A stretch of DNA of 42,451 nucleotides from an uncultured Acidobacteriota bacterium (GTDB taxonomy: Bacteria; Acidobacteriota; Blastocatellia; RBC074): positions 1 through 42,451 of the forward strand of contig CAIKMY010000092.1 of assembly GCA_903828635.1 (NCBI GenBank). Direction: 5' to 3'. Below the pieces are notes generated by a model that was given only the letters and a program-made list of their open reading frames with translations, made no database searches and was not told the DNA's origin. How positions within the stretch are numbered: the first letter of the stretch is position 1; every line of letters begins with the position of its first letter. This document shows positions 15,966 through 25,165 of the stretch, piece by piece. The position numbers were made by a program, and so were the translations under genes.

Positions 15966-18602
15966 ATGTCCATTCGCGTCACCAGGCACTTCGTTCCGGC
16001 AATGATTGCCGCAATTCTGATCACGCTTCCTTTCTGGTCGAGTGGAGCCCAGTCTCCGGCGACACGTCGACTGCCGGGCAGCAAGGGGTTGAGCACACTG
16101 CTGCCGAATGGCTGGACACTGACACCGGAGGGCGCGCAGATTCCGGTCAACGACCTGCCGATGAACATGGTCCTCAGTCGTGACGGGCGTTATGTGCTGG
16201 TGACGACCAACGGCAACGGCGATCAGGGTGTCGAGATCATCGACCGGACGACCGGCAAAAAGACGCAGACGATCACGATCAACAAGTCGTGGCTGGGAAT
16301 TGAATTTGCAATTGACGGAAAGAGTTTCTTTGTCTCCGGCGGCGACGACAATGAACTGCTGGTCTTCGATTTTGCCGCCGGACAAGCTACGAAAACCGGA
16401 AAGATCATTCTTGGCAGCGAGGCCTATCACGCGCTTGGCGATCGTGGGCGCGAGGAATCACGAAGCAAGGGGCGTGGCGAATATGCCTTTCCGGCGGGGA
16501 TTGGGGTCTCGCCTGATGGCAAGCGGCTCTACGTGGCAGAGAACCTGACCAACAAGGTTGCGGTGGTCGATATCACCTCGCGCCGGGTGATTGCCAAAAT
16601 CGAAGTTGGAGAGTACCCATACGACTGCATTGTCTCGCCAAATGGCAAGCTGGCCTATGTCAGCAATTGGGGATCACGAAGCGTCTCGACGATCGACACC
16701 TCGATCAATGAAGTGGTCGGGACGATCCAGGTTGGAGACCATCCGAATGACCTCGAGCTGACACGTGATGGCCGATTTCTCTATGTGGCCAATGCCAACA
16801 GCAACACGGTCTCGGTGGTCGATACGCGGCTGGGGAGAGCGGTGGCGGCAATCTCGACGGCGCTCCATCCGAAGTCGCCAATCGGCAGTACACCCAACGC
16901 GCTCGCTCTCTCGCCCGACGAGAAGACTCTCTACATCGCCAATGCCGACAACAACAACATCGCCCTTGCCACCGTGGCCGACCCGGAGGATGGGAAGGTG
17001 CGGGGATTCATTCCGACCGGCTGGTATCCGAGCTCGGTACGCGTCAGCCCGGATGGCCGGCAGCTGATCGTTGCCAACGGAAAGGGGCTCGTTTCGAGCG
17101 CCAATCCGAAAGGACCGATACCAACGAAAGCGCGGGGGAAGGATACCGAATACATCGGCAGCCTGCTGAGGGGGACGATCTCGCTGATCCCGGTTCCGGG
17201 CACGGCAGCGCTGGCGCGAATGACAACGCGGGTCTACGCCAATTCGCCCTACACCGACGACCTGCTGAAAGCAGCACGCCCGCCAAAGGAGAAGACGGCC
17301 ATTCCGGTGCGTGTCGGAGATCCCTCGCCGATCAAACACGTGATCTATATCATCAAGGAGAACCGCACCTACGATCAGGTTCTCGGCGATATGAAAGAGG
17401 GCAATGGTGACGCGAGTCTCTGCCTCTTTGGCGAAGATGTCACGCCCAACCAGCACGCCATCGCGCGTGAGTTCGTGCTGCTCGATAATTTCTACGTCGA
17501 CTCCGAAGTCTCAGCCGACGGTCACAACTGGTCAATGGGGGCCTATGCCACCGACTATGTCGAGAAGACGTGGCCAACCAACTACTCGCGACGCGGGCGC
17601 ACCTACGATTACGAGGGAAGCAGGAAGATTGCGAGGCCAACCGGCGGCTACATCTGGGACTACTGTGCCCGCGCCGGCGTCAGTTACCGCAGTTACGGTG
17701 AGTTTGTCGGCATTCGTGACGTCAAAGCCGGAGGCGGGGGTGAGGCCGATCTTGGTCGTGACCGGGCTCCAGGCTCGGAGAGCTACACTTCAGAAGAGGC
17801 GCTGAGGGGCCACTTCAGTCCGACCTACCCGCCATACGACCTCTCGATCCCGGATGTGAAGCGGTTCGAGCGCTGGCTGGAGGAGTTCCGTGAGTTTGAG
17901 AAGAATGGCAACCTGCCACAGTTTCAAATCGTTCGCTTCGGCAACGATCATACTCAGGGGACGCGGGTTGGCGCGCCAACGCCACGGGCCTATGTCGCGG
18001 AGAACGACCTTGCCGTCGGCAAGCTGGTCGAGGCGGTGAGCAACAGCCGCTACTGGGAGTCGACGGCAATCTTCATCCTCGAAGATGACGCGCAAAACGG
18101 GCCGGATCATGTCGATGCTCATCGCTCGATCGCCTTTGTCATCAGCCCCTACACCAAGCGGAAAGTTGTCGATTCGACGATGTACACGACATCGAGCATG
18201 CTGCGGACGATGGAGCTGATCCTCGGGCTGCCGCCAATGAGTCAGTACGATGCGGCGGCGACCCCGATGTATAACTCGTTCACCAGCAAGGCCGACCTGA
18301 CGCCTTTTCGTCATCGGCCGGCAAAGTATGACTGGAGTGAGCGAAACGCCCCCAATGCGCCTTCGGCACAGCGCTCGGCACAGTTTGACTTCAGCAAGGA
18401 AGACACCCTCCCTGATATCGAGTTTAATGAGATAATCTGGAAAGCAGTGAAGGGTGGCCACTCGGCCATGCCGGCACCGGTACGCAGTGCTTTTGTCCGG
18501 AGCGTTGACCTCGACGATGATGATGAAGAGGACGACGACGAGCGAAAGCCGGCGCCGCGAAGCAAAATCGGACGAAAAGCGACTGAGAGCAGATCACGGT
18601 AA
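15966..18602 (+). CDS. Secreted YVTN/YncE beta-propeller plus phosphoesterase (alkaline phosphatase superfamily) fusion
   Basis: Signal peptide; repeated SPDGK.LYVAN...N.VSVID blades; PIKHVIYIIKENRTYDQVLGD, SEVSADGHNW, NDHT.G and EDDAQNGPDHVDAHRS; acidic C-terminal tail. Confidence 0.9.
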   Translation: MSIRVTRHFVPAMIAAILITLPFWSSGAQSPATRRLPGSKGLSTLLPNGWTLTPEGAQIPVNDLPMNMVLSRDGRYVLVTTNGNGDQGVEIIDRTTGKKTQTITINKSWLGIEFAIDGKSFFVSGGDDNELLVFDFAAGQATKTGKIILGSEAYHALGDRGREESRSKGRGEYAFPAGIGVSPDGKRLYVAENLTNKVAVVDITSRRVIAKIEVGEYPYDCIVSPNGKLAYVSNWGSRSVSTIDTSINEVVGTIQVGDHPNDLELTRDGRFLYVANANSNTVSVVDTRLGRAVAAISTALHPKSPIGSTPNALALSPDEKTLYIANADNNNIALATVADPEDGKVRGFIPTGWYPSSVRVSPDGRQLIVANGKGLVSSANPKGPIPTKARGKDTEYIGSLLRGTISLIPVPGTAALARMTTRVYANSPYTDDLLKAARPPKEKTAIPVRVGDPSPIKHVIYIIKENRTYDQVLGDMKEGNGDASLCLFGEDVTPNQHAIAREFVLLDNFYVDSEVSADGHNWSMGAYATDYVEKTWPTNYSRRGRTYDYEGSRKIARPTGGYIWDYCARAGVSYRSYGEFVGIRDVKAGGGGEADLGRDRAPGSESYTSEEALRGHFSPTYPPYDLSIPDVKRFERWLEEFREFEKNGNLPQFQIVRFGNDHTQGTRVGAPTPRAYVAENDLAVGKLVEAVSNSRYWESTAIFILEDDAQNGPDHVDAHRSIAFVISPYTKRKVVDSTMYTTSSMLRTMELILGLPPMSQYDAAATPMYNSFTSKADLTPFRHRPAKYDWSERNAPNAPSAQRSAQFDFSKEDTLPDIEFNEIIWKAVKGGHSAMPAPVRSAFVRSVDLDDDDEEDDDERKPAPRSKIGRKATESRSR

Positions 18603-18647
18603 TCGCCAGGTTGGCTTTTGACTTTGAACTGCCGGGTTTAAGAGGAG

Positions 18648-19316
18648 ATGGCGATGATCGAAATCAACATCGGAGCGGCGGTTGAGAGTGGTGGAGTCGA
18701 ACTCGGCCGAATCGAGCAGGTGATACTCGACCGCAATACTGGCGAGGTGACCCATCTGGTGGTCAGGCACGGCGGCGCACTCCATTCGCGCCACATTGTC
18801 ATGCCACTGAATTGGATCACCAGCTCTGACTCCGAGCGGGTGGTGATCGAAAGAAACGAGAGCGAGCTCGAGGATCTGCCAAATTTTGAGATGCGCCACT
18901 ATGTCAGTCTCGACAGGCTTGACGAGGAGCAGTGGGAGCATCCCCGATCGCGGATTCGACCGACTGACTGGATCAATTATCTCGTACCACTGATCGCCAA
19001 CGCCTTCGGTGATCCGCTCCACACTCCGGGAGTCGTCGTCACCGACCAGTTGCTCTCGGCGACTGAGAGCGCCATTCATCGTGGAATGGCAATAGTGTCT
19101 GACGACGAACAGAAAGTCGGCGAGCTGCTCGAACTGCTGGTAACCGAGCCCGAAATGCGTTTCAGCGGGCTGATTATCGCTCACGGGCTGATCACCGTGC
19201 GCGCGGTGCACATCCCCGCCGACTGGGTCGAGACGATTCAGCACGATCGCATTCTGCTCAATCGCTCGTACGAACAGGTCGAAAGCTGGATCGAGTCAAA
19301 GGCTGGTGAAGGATGA
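18648..19316 (+). CDS. Tandem PRC-barrel domain protein
   Basis: Two repeats: IGAAVES.G.ELGRIEQVILD...VTHLVV and HRGMAIVSDD.QKVGEL.ELLV. AGGAG SD. Confidence 0.75.
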   Translation: MAMIEINIGAAVESGGVELGRIEQVILDRNTGEVTHLVVRHGGALHSRHIVMPLNWITSSDSERVVIERNESELEDLPNFEMRHYVSLDRLDEEQWEHPRSRIRPTDWINYLVPLIANAFGDPLHTPGVVVTDQLLSATESAIHRGMAIVSDDEQKVGELLELLVTEPEMRFSGLIIAHGLITVRAVHIPADWVETIQHDRILLNRSYEQVESWIESKAGEG

Positions 19317-20830
19317 AGCGGCGCGAATTTCTGCGGCAGGGGGCAATGTTTCCGGCATTGCTGCCATACCTGCGCAGCAGACCATCGATCGATGGCGGCG
19401 TCCAGAGTGGTGACGTGACCACCGACCGGGCAATCGTCTGGAGCCGCGCCGACCGGCCATCGCGCCTGATCGTCGACTACTCGACGCGTGAATCGATGGC
19501 TGGCAGTCGACGAATCGTCGGGCCAATGGCGACGATGGCAACCGATTTCACGGCGCGTGTCGATCTTGGCAGCCTCCCTGATGGTGAGACTATCTTCTAT
19601 CGCGCCAGCTTCGAGGATGCCACCAGCCCCAAAGCCGTCAGCGAGCCGGTCAGTGGCCGCTTCCGCCTGCCATCACGCCATAAACGAGACATCACCTTTG
19701 TCTGGGGTGGCGACGTCTGCGGTCAGGGCTGGGGGATCAATCCCGACTTCGGAGGAATGAAGATCTTTGACGCCATGCGTGCGCTTCAGCCCGATTTCTT
19801 CATCCATTCGGGAGACACGATCTACGCTGACAATCCGATACCCGCCGAGGTCAGACTCGACAACGGCACCATCTGGAAGAACCTTACCTCACCGGCGAAA
19901 TCGAAGGTCGCCGAGACGCTTGACGAATTTCGCGGCAACCATCGCTACAACCTGCTTGACCTGCCCCTGCGGCGATTCAATGCCGAGGTTCCGATACTTG
20001 CGCAGTGGGATGACCACGAAACACGCAATAACTGGTATCCCGGCCAAACCCTCGACGATGACCCGCGTTATGTCGTCAAGAGCGTCGACCTGCTGGCAGC
20101 CCGTGGTCGGCAGGCATTCCTCGAATATCTCCCCGTACGCCACGACCCACGTGATCCTCAAAGAATCTATCGTGGATTCAACTACGGCCCACTGCTCGAA
20201 GTTCTCATGCTGGATGAGCGCAGCTATCGTGGACCGAACACTCCCAATCGCCAGACAACGGCCAGTCCGGAGACGGCTTTTCTCGGAACGCGGCAGATCG
20301 ACTGGATCATGGATCGGCTGCTGAGGTCGCGCGCAAAATGGAAAGTGATTGCCAGCGACATGCCGCTCGGACTGATCATCGGAGACTCCGGTGGGCGCTT
20401 TGAGGCGGTGGCTAATGGCAACGGCCCCGCTCTCGGTCGGGAATTGGAGATCGCTGCCCTTCTCCGCTTCATCAAAGAAAAGAGCATCGACAACGTCGTC
20501 TGGGTCACGGCCGACGTTCACTATGCCGCCGCCCATTACTATGACCCTTCTCGCGCGCAAATGAGCGAATTCAATCCCTTCTGGGAATTTGTTGCCGGCC
20601 CGCTCAATGCCGGGACTTTTGGCCCGGGGCGGCTCGACGACACGTTCGGCCCGACGGCCGGATTTGTTGGCATCCCCGAGGGCACCAGACCCAATCGCTC
20701 CCCGCTTGACGGCTTCCAGTTCTTTGGTGCTGCCAGGATTGACGGCCGAACCGCGGCCATGAACGTCAGCCTTCACGATATCACCGGAAAGAGGCTCTAT
20801 TCCGTAGAGCTTGCTCCAAGATTCAACTGA
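19313..20830 (+). CDS. phoD: Alkaline phosphatase D (PhoD), Tat-exported
   Basis: KRREFL twin-arginine motif, GVQSGDV, WGGD..GQGWG, FFIHSGD.IYAD, QWDDHE..NNW, LDERSYR, ADVHY and WEFVAGPL. Confidence 0.93.
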   Translation: MKRREFLRQGAMFPALLPYLRSRPSIDGGVQSGDVTTDRAIVWSRADRPSRLIVDYSTRESMAGSRRIVGPMATMATDFTARVDLGSLPDGETIFYRASFEDATSPKAVSEPVSGRFRLPSRHKRDITFVWGGDVCGQGWGINPDFGGMKIFDAMRALQPDFFIHSGDTIYADNPIPAEVRLDNGTIWKNLTSPAKSKVAETLDEFRGNHRYNLLDLPLRRFNAEVPILAQWDDHETRNNWYPGQTLDDDPRYVVKSVDLLAARGRQAFLEYLPVRHDPRDPQRIYRGFNYGPLLEVLMLDERSYRGPNTPNRQTTASPETAFLGTRQIDWIMDRLLRSRAKWKVIASDMPLGLIIGDSGGRFEAVANGNGPALGRELEIAALLRFIKEKSIDNVVWVTADVHYAAAHYYDPSRAQMSEFNPFWEFVAGPLNAGTFGPGRLDDTFGPTAGFVGIPEGTRPNRSPLDGFQFFGAARIDGRTAAMNVSLHDITGKRLYSVELAPRFN

Positions 20831-20859
20831 CACCACACGAACCATCGGACATCACTCAA

Positions 20860-21780
20860 ATGAAGAAAAGACTCTCCACGCTGCTGATCATCTGTGTCAT
20901 TGCCCTGGTCGCTCTCTGGTCCACTCCCTTGCCGGTGCGCGGATGGGGAGCCCACGGCCACGAGATCTCCGGACGCGCTGCCGCTTCAGCACTCCCCGCC
21001 GAAATGCCGGGATTCTTTCGCCGTGCAACCGATCAGCTCGGCTATCTCAATCCCGAGCCCGATCGCTGGCGTGACCGCGCTGAGTCGCAGATCGATCGCG
21101 CCATGGACTCCGGTGCCGCTCCTGACCACTTCGTTGACATCGAGCTGGTTCCCGAGGCCGCTCGCAAAGCTGTCAACCGCTATGACTTCACCGCAGACCT
21201 GATCAAAGCCGGCCAAAAACCAACAAACGTTGGGTTTAGTCCCTATCGCATGCTCGAACTCTTTCAGCGGCTGCGAGTTGAATTCCGCCTCTGGCGGGCC
21301 GAAAAGAGCCCGCGCCAACGTGCGTGGATTGAAGAACGCATCATCAATGATGCCGGCATCCTTGGCCATTACGTCTCCGATGCCGCCAATCCTCACCATA
21401 CCACCATTCATTACAATGGCTGGAGCGGCCCCAATCCCAATAACTATACTGTCTTCACTCGCGAGCGTGGCATCCATTTTCGCTTCGAGGAGGAGTATGT
21501 CGGCGCCAAAATCTCGCTCAAGGATATTCTCTCACTCGTCCCCGGCAGCGCGAGGATGATCGATAACCCCCGCAGCGACATCTGGAAATTCATCGGCGAG
21601 TCGAATACCCTTGTCGAACAACTCTATATCCTCGACAAACAGGAGCCATTCAGCGCCACCAACAATTCATCGGCACACAAAGAATTCGTCACCGCAAGAC
21701 TTGCTGCCGGCGCAACCATGCTCCGCGATCTCTGGTGGACCGCATGGAAAAGCAGCGCACCTGCCATGTCCGCCAAATAG
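20860..21780 (+). CDS. S1/P1 nuclease (Zn-dependent phospholipase C/P1 fold), secreted
   Basis: Signal peptide then mature N-terminal WGAHGH; PD.WR, HFVD, LGHYVSD.ANPHH and IH.RFE Zn-ligand motifs. Confidence 0.88.
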   Translation: MKKRLSTLLIICVIALVALWSTPLPVRGWGAHGHEISGRAAASALPAEMPGFFRRATDQLGYLNPEPDRWRDRAESQIDRAMDSGAAPDHFVDIELVPEAARKAVNRYDFTADLIKAGQKPTNVGFSPYRMLELFQRLRVEFRLWRAEKSPRQRAWIEERIINDAGILGHYVSDAANPHHTTIHYNGWSGPNPNNYTVFTRERGIHFRFEEEYVGAKISLKDILSLVPGSARMIDNPRSDIWKFIGESNTLVEQLYILDKQEPFSATNNSSAHKEFVTARLAAGATMLRDLWWTAWKSSAPAMSAK

Positions 21781-21969
21781 CAGCTCTCGTCGATATTCAG
21801 GCTCGATCGAACAAGTTACCATTATTGAGAACTGCCGAGGTTACCTGAGCAGTTCGGCAGGATCTGAGACGTCATTAATTATCGATTGGCCTCCTGGAAG
21901 AGGCTGACCTTGCTGCCCGACCCTGGCAATACAATTAATGATAAGTTAGCGTGACATTGAAGCGCGAAG

Positions 21970-21997
21970 TTGAATATCGTTAATGGTTATATATATT
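21970..21997 (+). promoter_or_regulatory. Candidate sigma70 promoter in an AT-rich stretch upstream of the CadC-like gene
   Basis: TTGAAT-N16-TATATT within a conspicuously AT-rich intergenic region. Confidence 0.35.
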
Positions 21998-22119
21998 ATG
22001 GTTGTCGTTAAGGTTCCATTCAGTTGTCCGACGTTGAGCAGCTCACCGTGTCAGTGTCTGAGATCCGATGTTGAGCTCAGGAATTCAACAATAGCGACAC
22101 CCCTTCAACATAACAGGTA

Positions 22120-24255
22120 ATGGATAACAGGGAAAAGTTTGCCAGATACAGATTTGGCGTCTGCGAGCTGCAAGTGGCGGCACCTGTCCTCATAATAAAA
22201 TCGGTGAGTATCCCCCTGACCCGCAGAAAGCACGAAATCCTGCTTCTGCTGGTAAAGAATGCCGGGAAGACGCTCTCCAAGCATGAGATCATCCATCAGA
22301 TCTGGGCTGATCAGGAGGTCGAGGAGGCCAATCTCGCCAACAATATTCACGCGCTGCGACGACTTCTTGAGGAAGATCTGCGCAACCCGCAACTGATCGT
22401 CACGGTTCCCGGCATCGGCTATAAATTCACCCCCGAGGTAACGCTTGAGTATGAGGCGATCGTCGATCCACCACCAGGGCAAATCCTGCGCTATCCACTG
22501 GTAATTGCCTCCGCCACGGTCGTCCTGCTGGCGATGCTCGCAGGGTGGTGGTTCTTCATCTTCCGGCCAAAGCCGCTGCAGGAGGTTCCTGTTCCCGTAC
22601 CACTGACAGCACTGCCCGGCGTCGAACGCTACCCGGCGCTCTCACCTGACGGCAGGTTCATCGCCTTCAGTTGGGATGGTGACGGTTTGAAGAACGAGGA
22701 CATCTACGTCAAGCAGACGATTGAGAGTGATACGGTGCGGATTACCTCCCACCCGAGCACAGATCGTCAGCCGGTCTGGTCGCCGGATGGGCACCAGATC
22801 GCCTTTCTGCGAGACAGCGATCCACCGGGTGGCTTAGCACATCTCATGATCATCCCGGCGCTCGGGGGCATTGAGCGAGAGGTGGCAAGGGTCGATGGCG
22901 GACTTGACTGGTCGCCTGATGGAAAGTATCTGGCGGTGACCGGTCTCGCCAGCATTGACGGAAAGAAGAGCCGGATGGGTATTCACCTGATCTCGGTCGA
23001 TGGACAAGAGCAACGCAGGATAACCGAACCTGAAAAGGATGGATTCCCATTTGATTCAGGCCCGCGATTCTCTCCCGATGGACGCTCGCTGGCCTTTCTT
23101 CGCTGGAGGAGCGACGCCGACAGTGACATCTTCATTGTTGATCTGGCTGGTGGCGGGGTTACCCAGGTCACCAGTGACCGTAAGGCGATCAGCTCAACCT
23201 CCCTGCAATGGACACCTGACGGTGAAACGCTGCTCTTCATCTCAACACGCGCAGGCAAGCTGCAACTCTGGCAGGTTGAACGCAACGGCAGTAATCTGCG
23301 TGTGCCACCAAACGTCTCTCAACCAATGACAGCCTATTCGGTGGCCAGAAATGCCAACCTGTTTGCGTTCACCAATGAGCAGGATGATTCGAAGATTGAG
23401 ATCCTCGAACAAGCAGCACGCGGGGACAAGCAGGGACGTCAGGTTTGTACCATCAACTCGACCAAGGGGGACTATGGAGCGAGGATCTCCCCTGATGGTT
23501 CATTGATCGTCTTCAATTCCAATCGAACCGGCTGGGACGAGCTCTGGATTGCCCGCACTGACTGTACTGAGGTGAGACAACTGACTAATCTGCGTGAGCT
23601 CGGAATTGGCAGCCCTGCCTGGTCACCGGATGGCACCCTGATTGCGTTCGATCGACGCAACAGGACGGAGAGTGATATTTATACCATCGGAGTCAATGGA
23701 TCCGGCCTGCGCAAAGTGACCGATTCAGTCGGATCAAGCACCACCCCCGACTGGTCTCCTGATGGCCAGTGGATCTACTTCAGCTCCAATCGGTTACATC
23801 CAAGAACCACTGATCAGATCTGGAAGATACCCGTGACTACGGGTGGCGAGCCGGTTCAGGTGACCCGGAGCGGCGGAATGCTCCCCATTGCTGCCGCTGA
23901 CGGCAAACTGCTCTTCTTCATCAGTCATGATCGCCTATGGCAGATAAATCTCTCATCCGGAGAAGAGAGCCAGGTAAGGGAGTTGCCTGATGCCCGCATT
24001 CTCCGCAATTGGAATGTCAACACCAATGCCATCTTCGTGCTGCCTGACCAGACTAATCAGACTGATCCGATCAGCAAAATTCTCAGGCTCGACCTCAATA
24101 CACGAGCGCTCTCGGTATTCGCTATGTTTGAGGGGATTGGTGTCATGGATACTCTGCCAATCTCGGTGAGCAATGATGAGCGTATTTACAGTGTCACCCT
24201 CATCAACCTCAAACTGAGTGACATCATGCTTATTCGTGACTGGTTCAGACCTTAA
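22120..24255 (+). CDS. CadC/ToxR-like one-component regulator: winged-helix DNA-binding domain, one TM helix, TolB-like PD40 beta-propellers
   Basis: YRFG...LTRRKHEILLLLV.NAG..LSK.EII..IW....VEEANL..NI..LRRLL...IVTVPG.GYKF (Trans_reg_C). TM VIASATVVLLAMLAGWWFFIF. About eight (W/F/L/I)(S/T)PDG repeats. Confidence 0.9.
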   Translation: MDNREKFARYRFGVCELQVAAPVLIIKSVSIPLTRRKHEILLLLVKNAGKTLSKHEIIHQIWADQEVEEANLANNIHALRRLLEEDLRNPQLIVTVPGIGYKFTPEVTLEYEAIVDPPPGQILRYPLVIASATVVLLAMLAGWWFFIFRPKPLQEVPVPVPLTALPGVERYPALSPDGRFIAFSWDGDGLKNEDIYVKQTIESDTVRITSHPSTDRQPVWSPDGHQIAFLRDSDPPGGLAHLMIIPALGGIEREVARVDGGLDWSPDGKYLAVTGLASIDGKKSRMGIHLISVDGQEQRRITEPEKDGFPFDSGPRFSPDGRSLAFLRWRSDADSDIFIVDLAGGGVTQVTSDRKAISSTSLQWTPDGETLLFISTRAGKLQLWQVERNGSNLRVPPNVSQPMTAYSVARNANLFAFTNEQDDSKIEILEQAARGDKQGRQVCTINSTKGDYGARISPDGSLIVFNSNRTGWDELWIARTDCTEVRQLTNLRELGIGSPAWSPDGTLIAFDRRNRTESDIYTIGVNGSGLRKVTDSVGSSTTPDWSPDGQWIYFSSNRLHPRTTDQIWKIPVTTGGEPVQVTRSGGMLPIAAADGKLLFFISHDRLWQINLSSGEESQVRELPDARILRNWNVNTNAIFVLPDQTNQTDPISKILRLDLNTRALSVFAMFEGIGVMDTLPISVSNDERIYSVTLINLKLSDIMLIRDWFRP

Positions 24256-24260
24256 AAATC

Positions 24261-24327
24261 AAGGCTGTCCGGACTTAAAGCACGGCCACGCCCCAACCGC
24301 ATGGTCGCCATCCGGACAGCCTTTTCA
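24261..24327. terminator. Extended hairpin directly after the CadC-like gene (terminator-like or structured RNA)
   Basis: Perfect 13-bp arms AAGGCTGTCCGGA (24261-24273) and TCCGGACAGCCTT (24311-24323) enclose an inner stem CGGCCACGC/GCATGGTCG. A-run before, short T-run at the end. Confidence 0.5.
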
Positions 24328-24595
24328 AAAGGGATGAATCCGATCGGCCCTCAGACTATTCCCGCATCAGAGCTCGATCCGGCATCCCGCTTCGCTGTCG
24401 ACAAAGAATATTGCAGCGATTTATCCTTGACTTGTCACGAGCTGGTTGAAAAAGATCTGCCATCAGAGATACTGTCCCGACAAGATGGGTTCTCCGAACA
24501 ATGGCATTTGATCGATTCCGAGTCTGTCTCGCGGTAATGGCTGATGTTGCATCAGGCATGATTATGATACAGATGAAACGGAAAGGATTATTGGA

Positions 24596-25162
24596 ATGAT
24601 GAGACACCCAACAATGTTGAATCGGCAGGCTTGCGCGTTGGCTGTGATCGATATGCAGGCAGGCTTCAGATCGATGATGGAGGAGTTCGACGAGCAGGTC
24701 GAGCGGATGGAGGTGCTGGTGGAGGCCTGCCGCCTGCTCGACGTCCCAATTATCGTCACGGAACAGTATCCGAAGGGGCTGGGACCAACGGCGGAACAGA
24801 TCCTGAGACATTTGCCAGAGGGCTATCAGGCGATCGACAAATTGAGTTTCTCAGCCTGCGGAGTGGCAGAGTTTGACCTGCAATTGCGGGAGCGGCACGT
24901 CGAGCAGGTCATGATCTGCGGCATCGAGGCTCACATCTGCGTGGCACAGACAACGTTGCAACTTTTGCAGCAGAGCTATCAGGTGCATCTGCTGACGGAC
25001 GCCATTGGCAGCCGACTGCCACGCAACCGCGAGGTAGCGATCGGGCGACTGTCACGAGCGGGAGCAATCATCTCATCAATCGAGATGGCACTGTTCGAGC
25101 TGTGTCCGGCAGGGACGCCAGAGTTCAGGCAGATGCAACAACTTATCAAGAGGCTCCGGTGA
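24596..25162 (+). CDS. Isochorismatase/cysteine hydrolase family protein (YcaC/ISOC-like)
   Basis: VIDMQ, TEQYPKGLGPT, KLSFS and GIEAHICV give the Asp-Lys-Cys triad. Confidence 0.92.
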   Translation: MMRHPTMLNRQACALAVIDMQAGFRSMMEEFDEQVERMEVLVEACRLLDVPIIVTEQYPKGLGPTAEQILRHLPEGYQAIDKLSFSACGVAEFDLQLRERHVEQVMICGIEAHICVAQTTLQLLQQSYQVHLLTDAIGSRLPRNREVAIGRLSRAGAIISSIEMALFELCPAGTPEFRQMQQLIKRLR

Positions 25163-25165
25163 TCA

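Noticed and set aside
24301-24537. 78-aa ORF between the CadC-like gene and isochorismatase
   Set aside because: It starts inside the hairpin, has no SD and no recognisable motif, so it cannot be supported as a gene.
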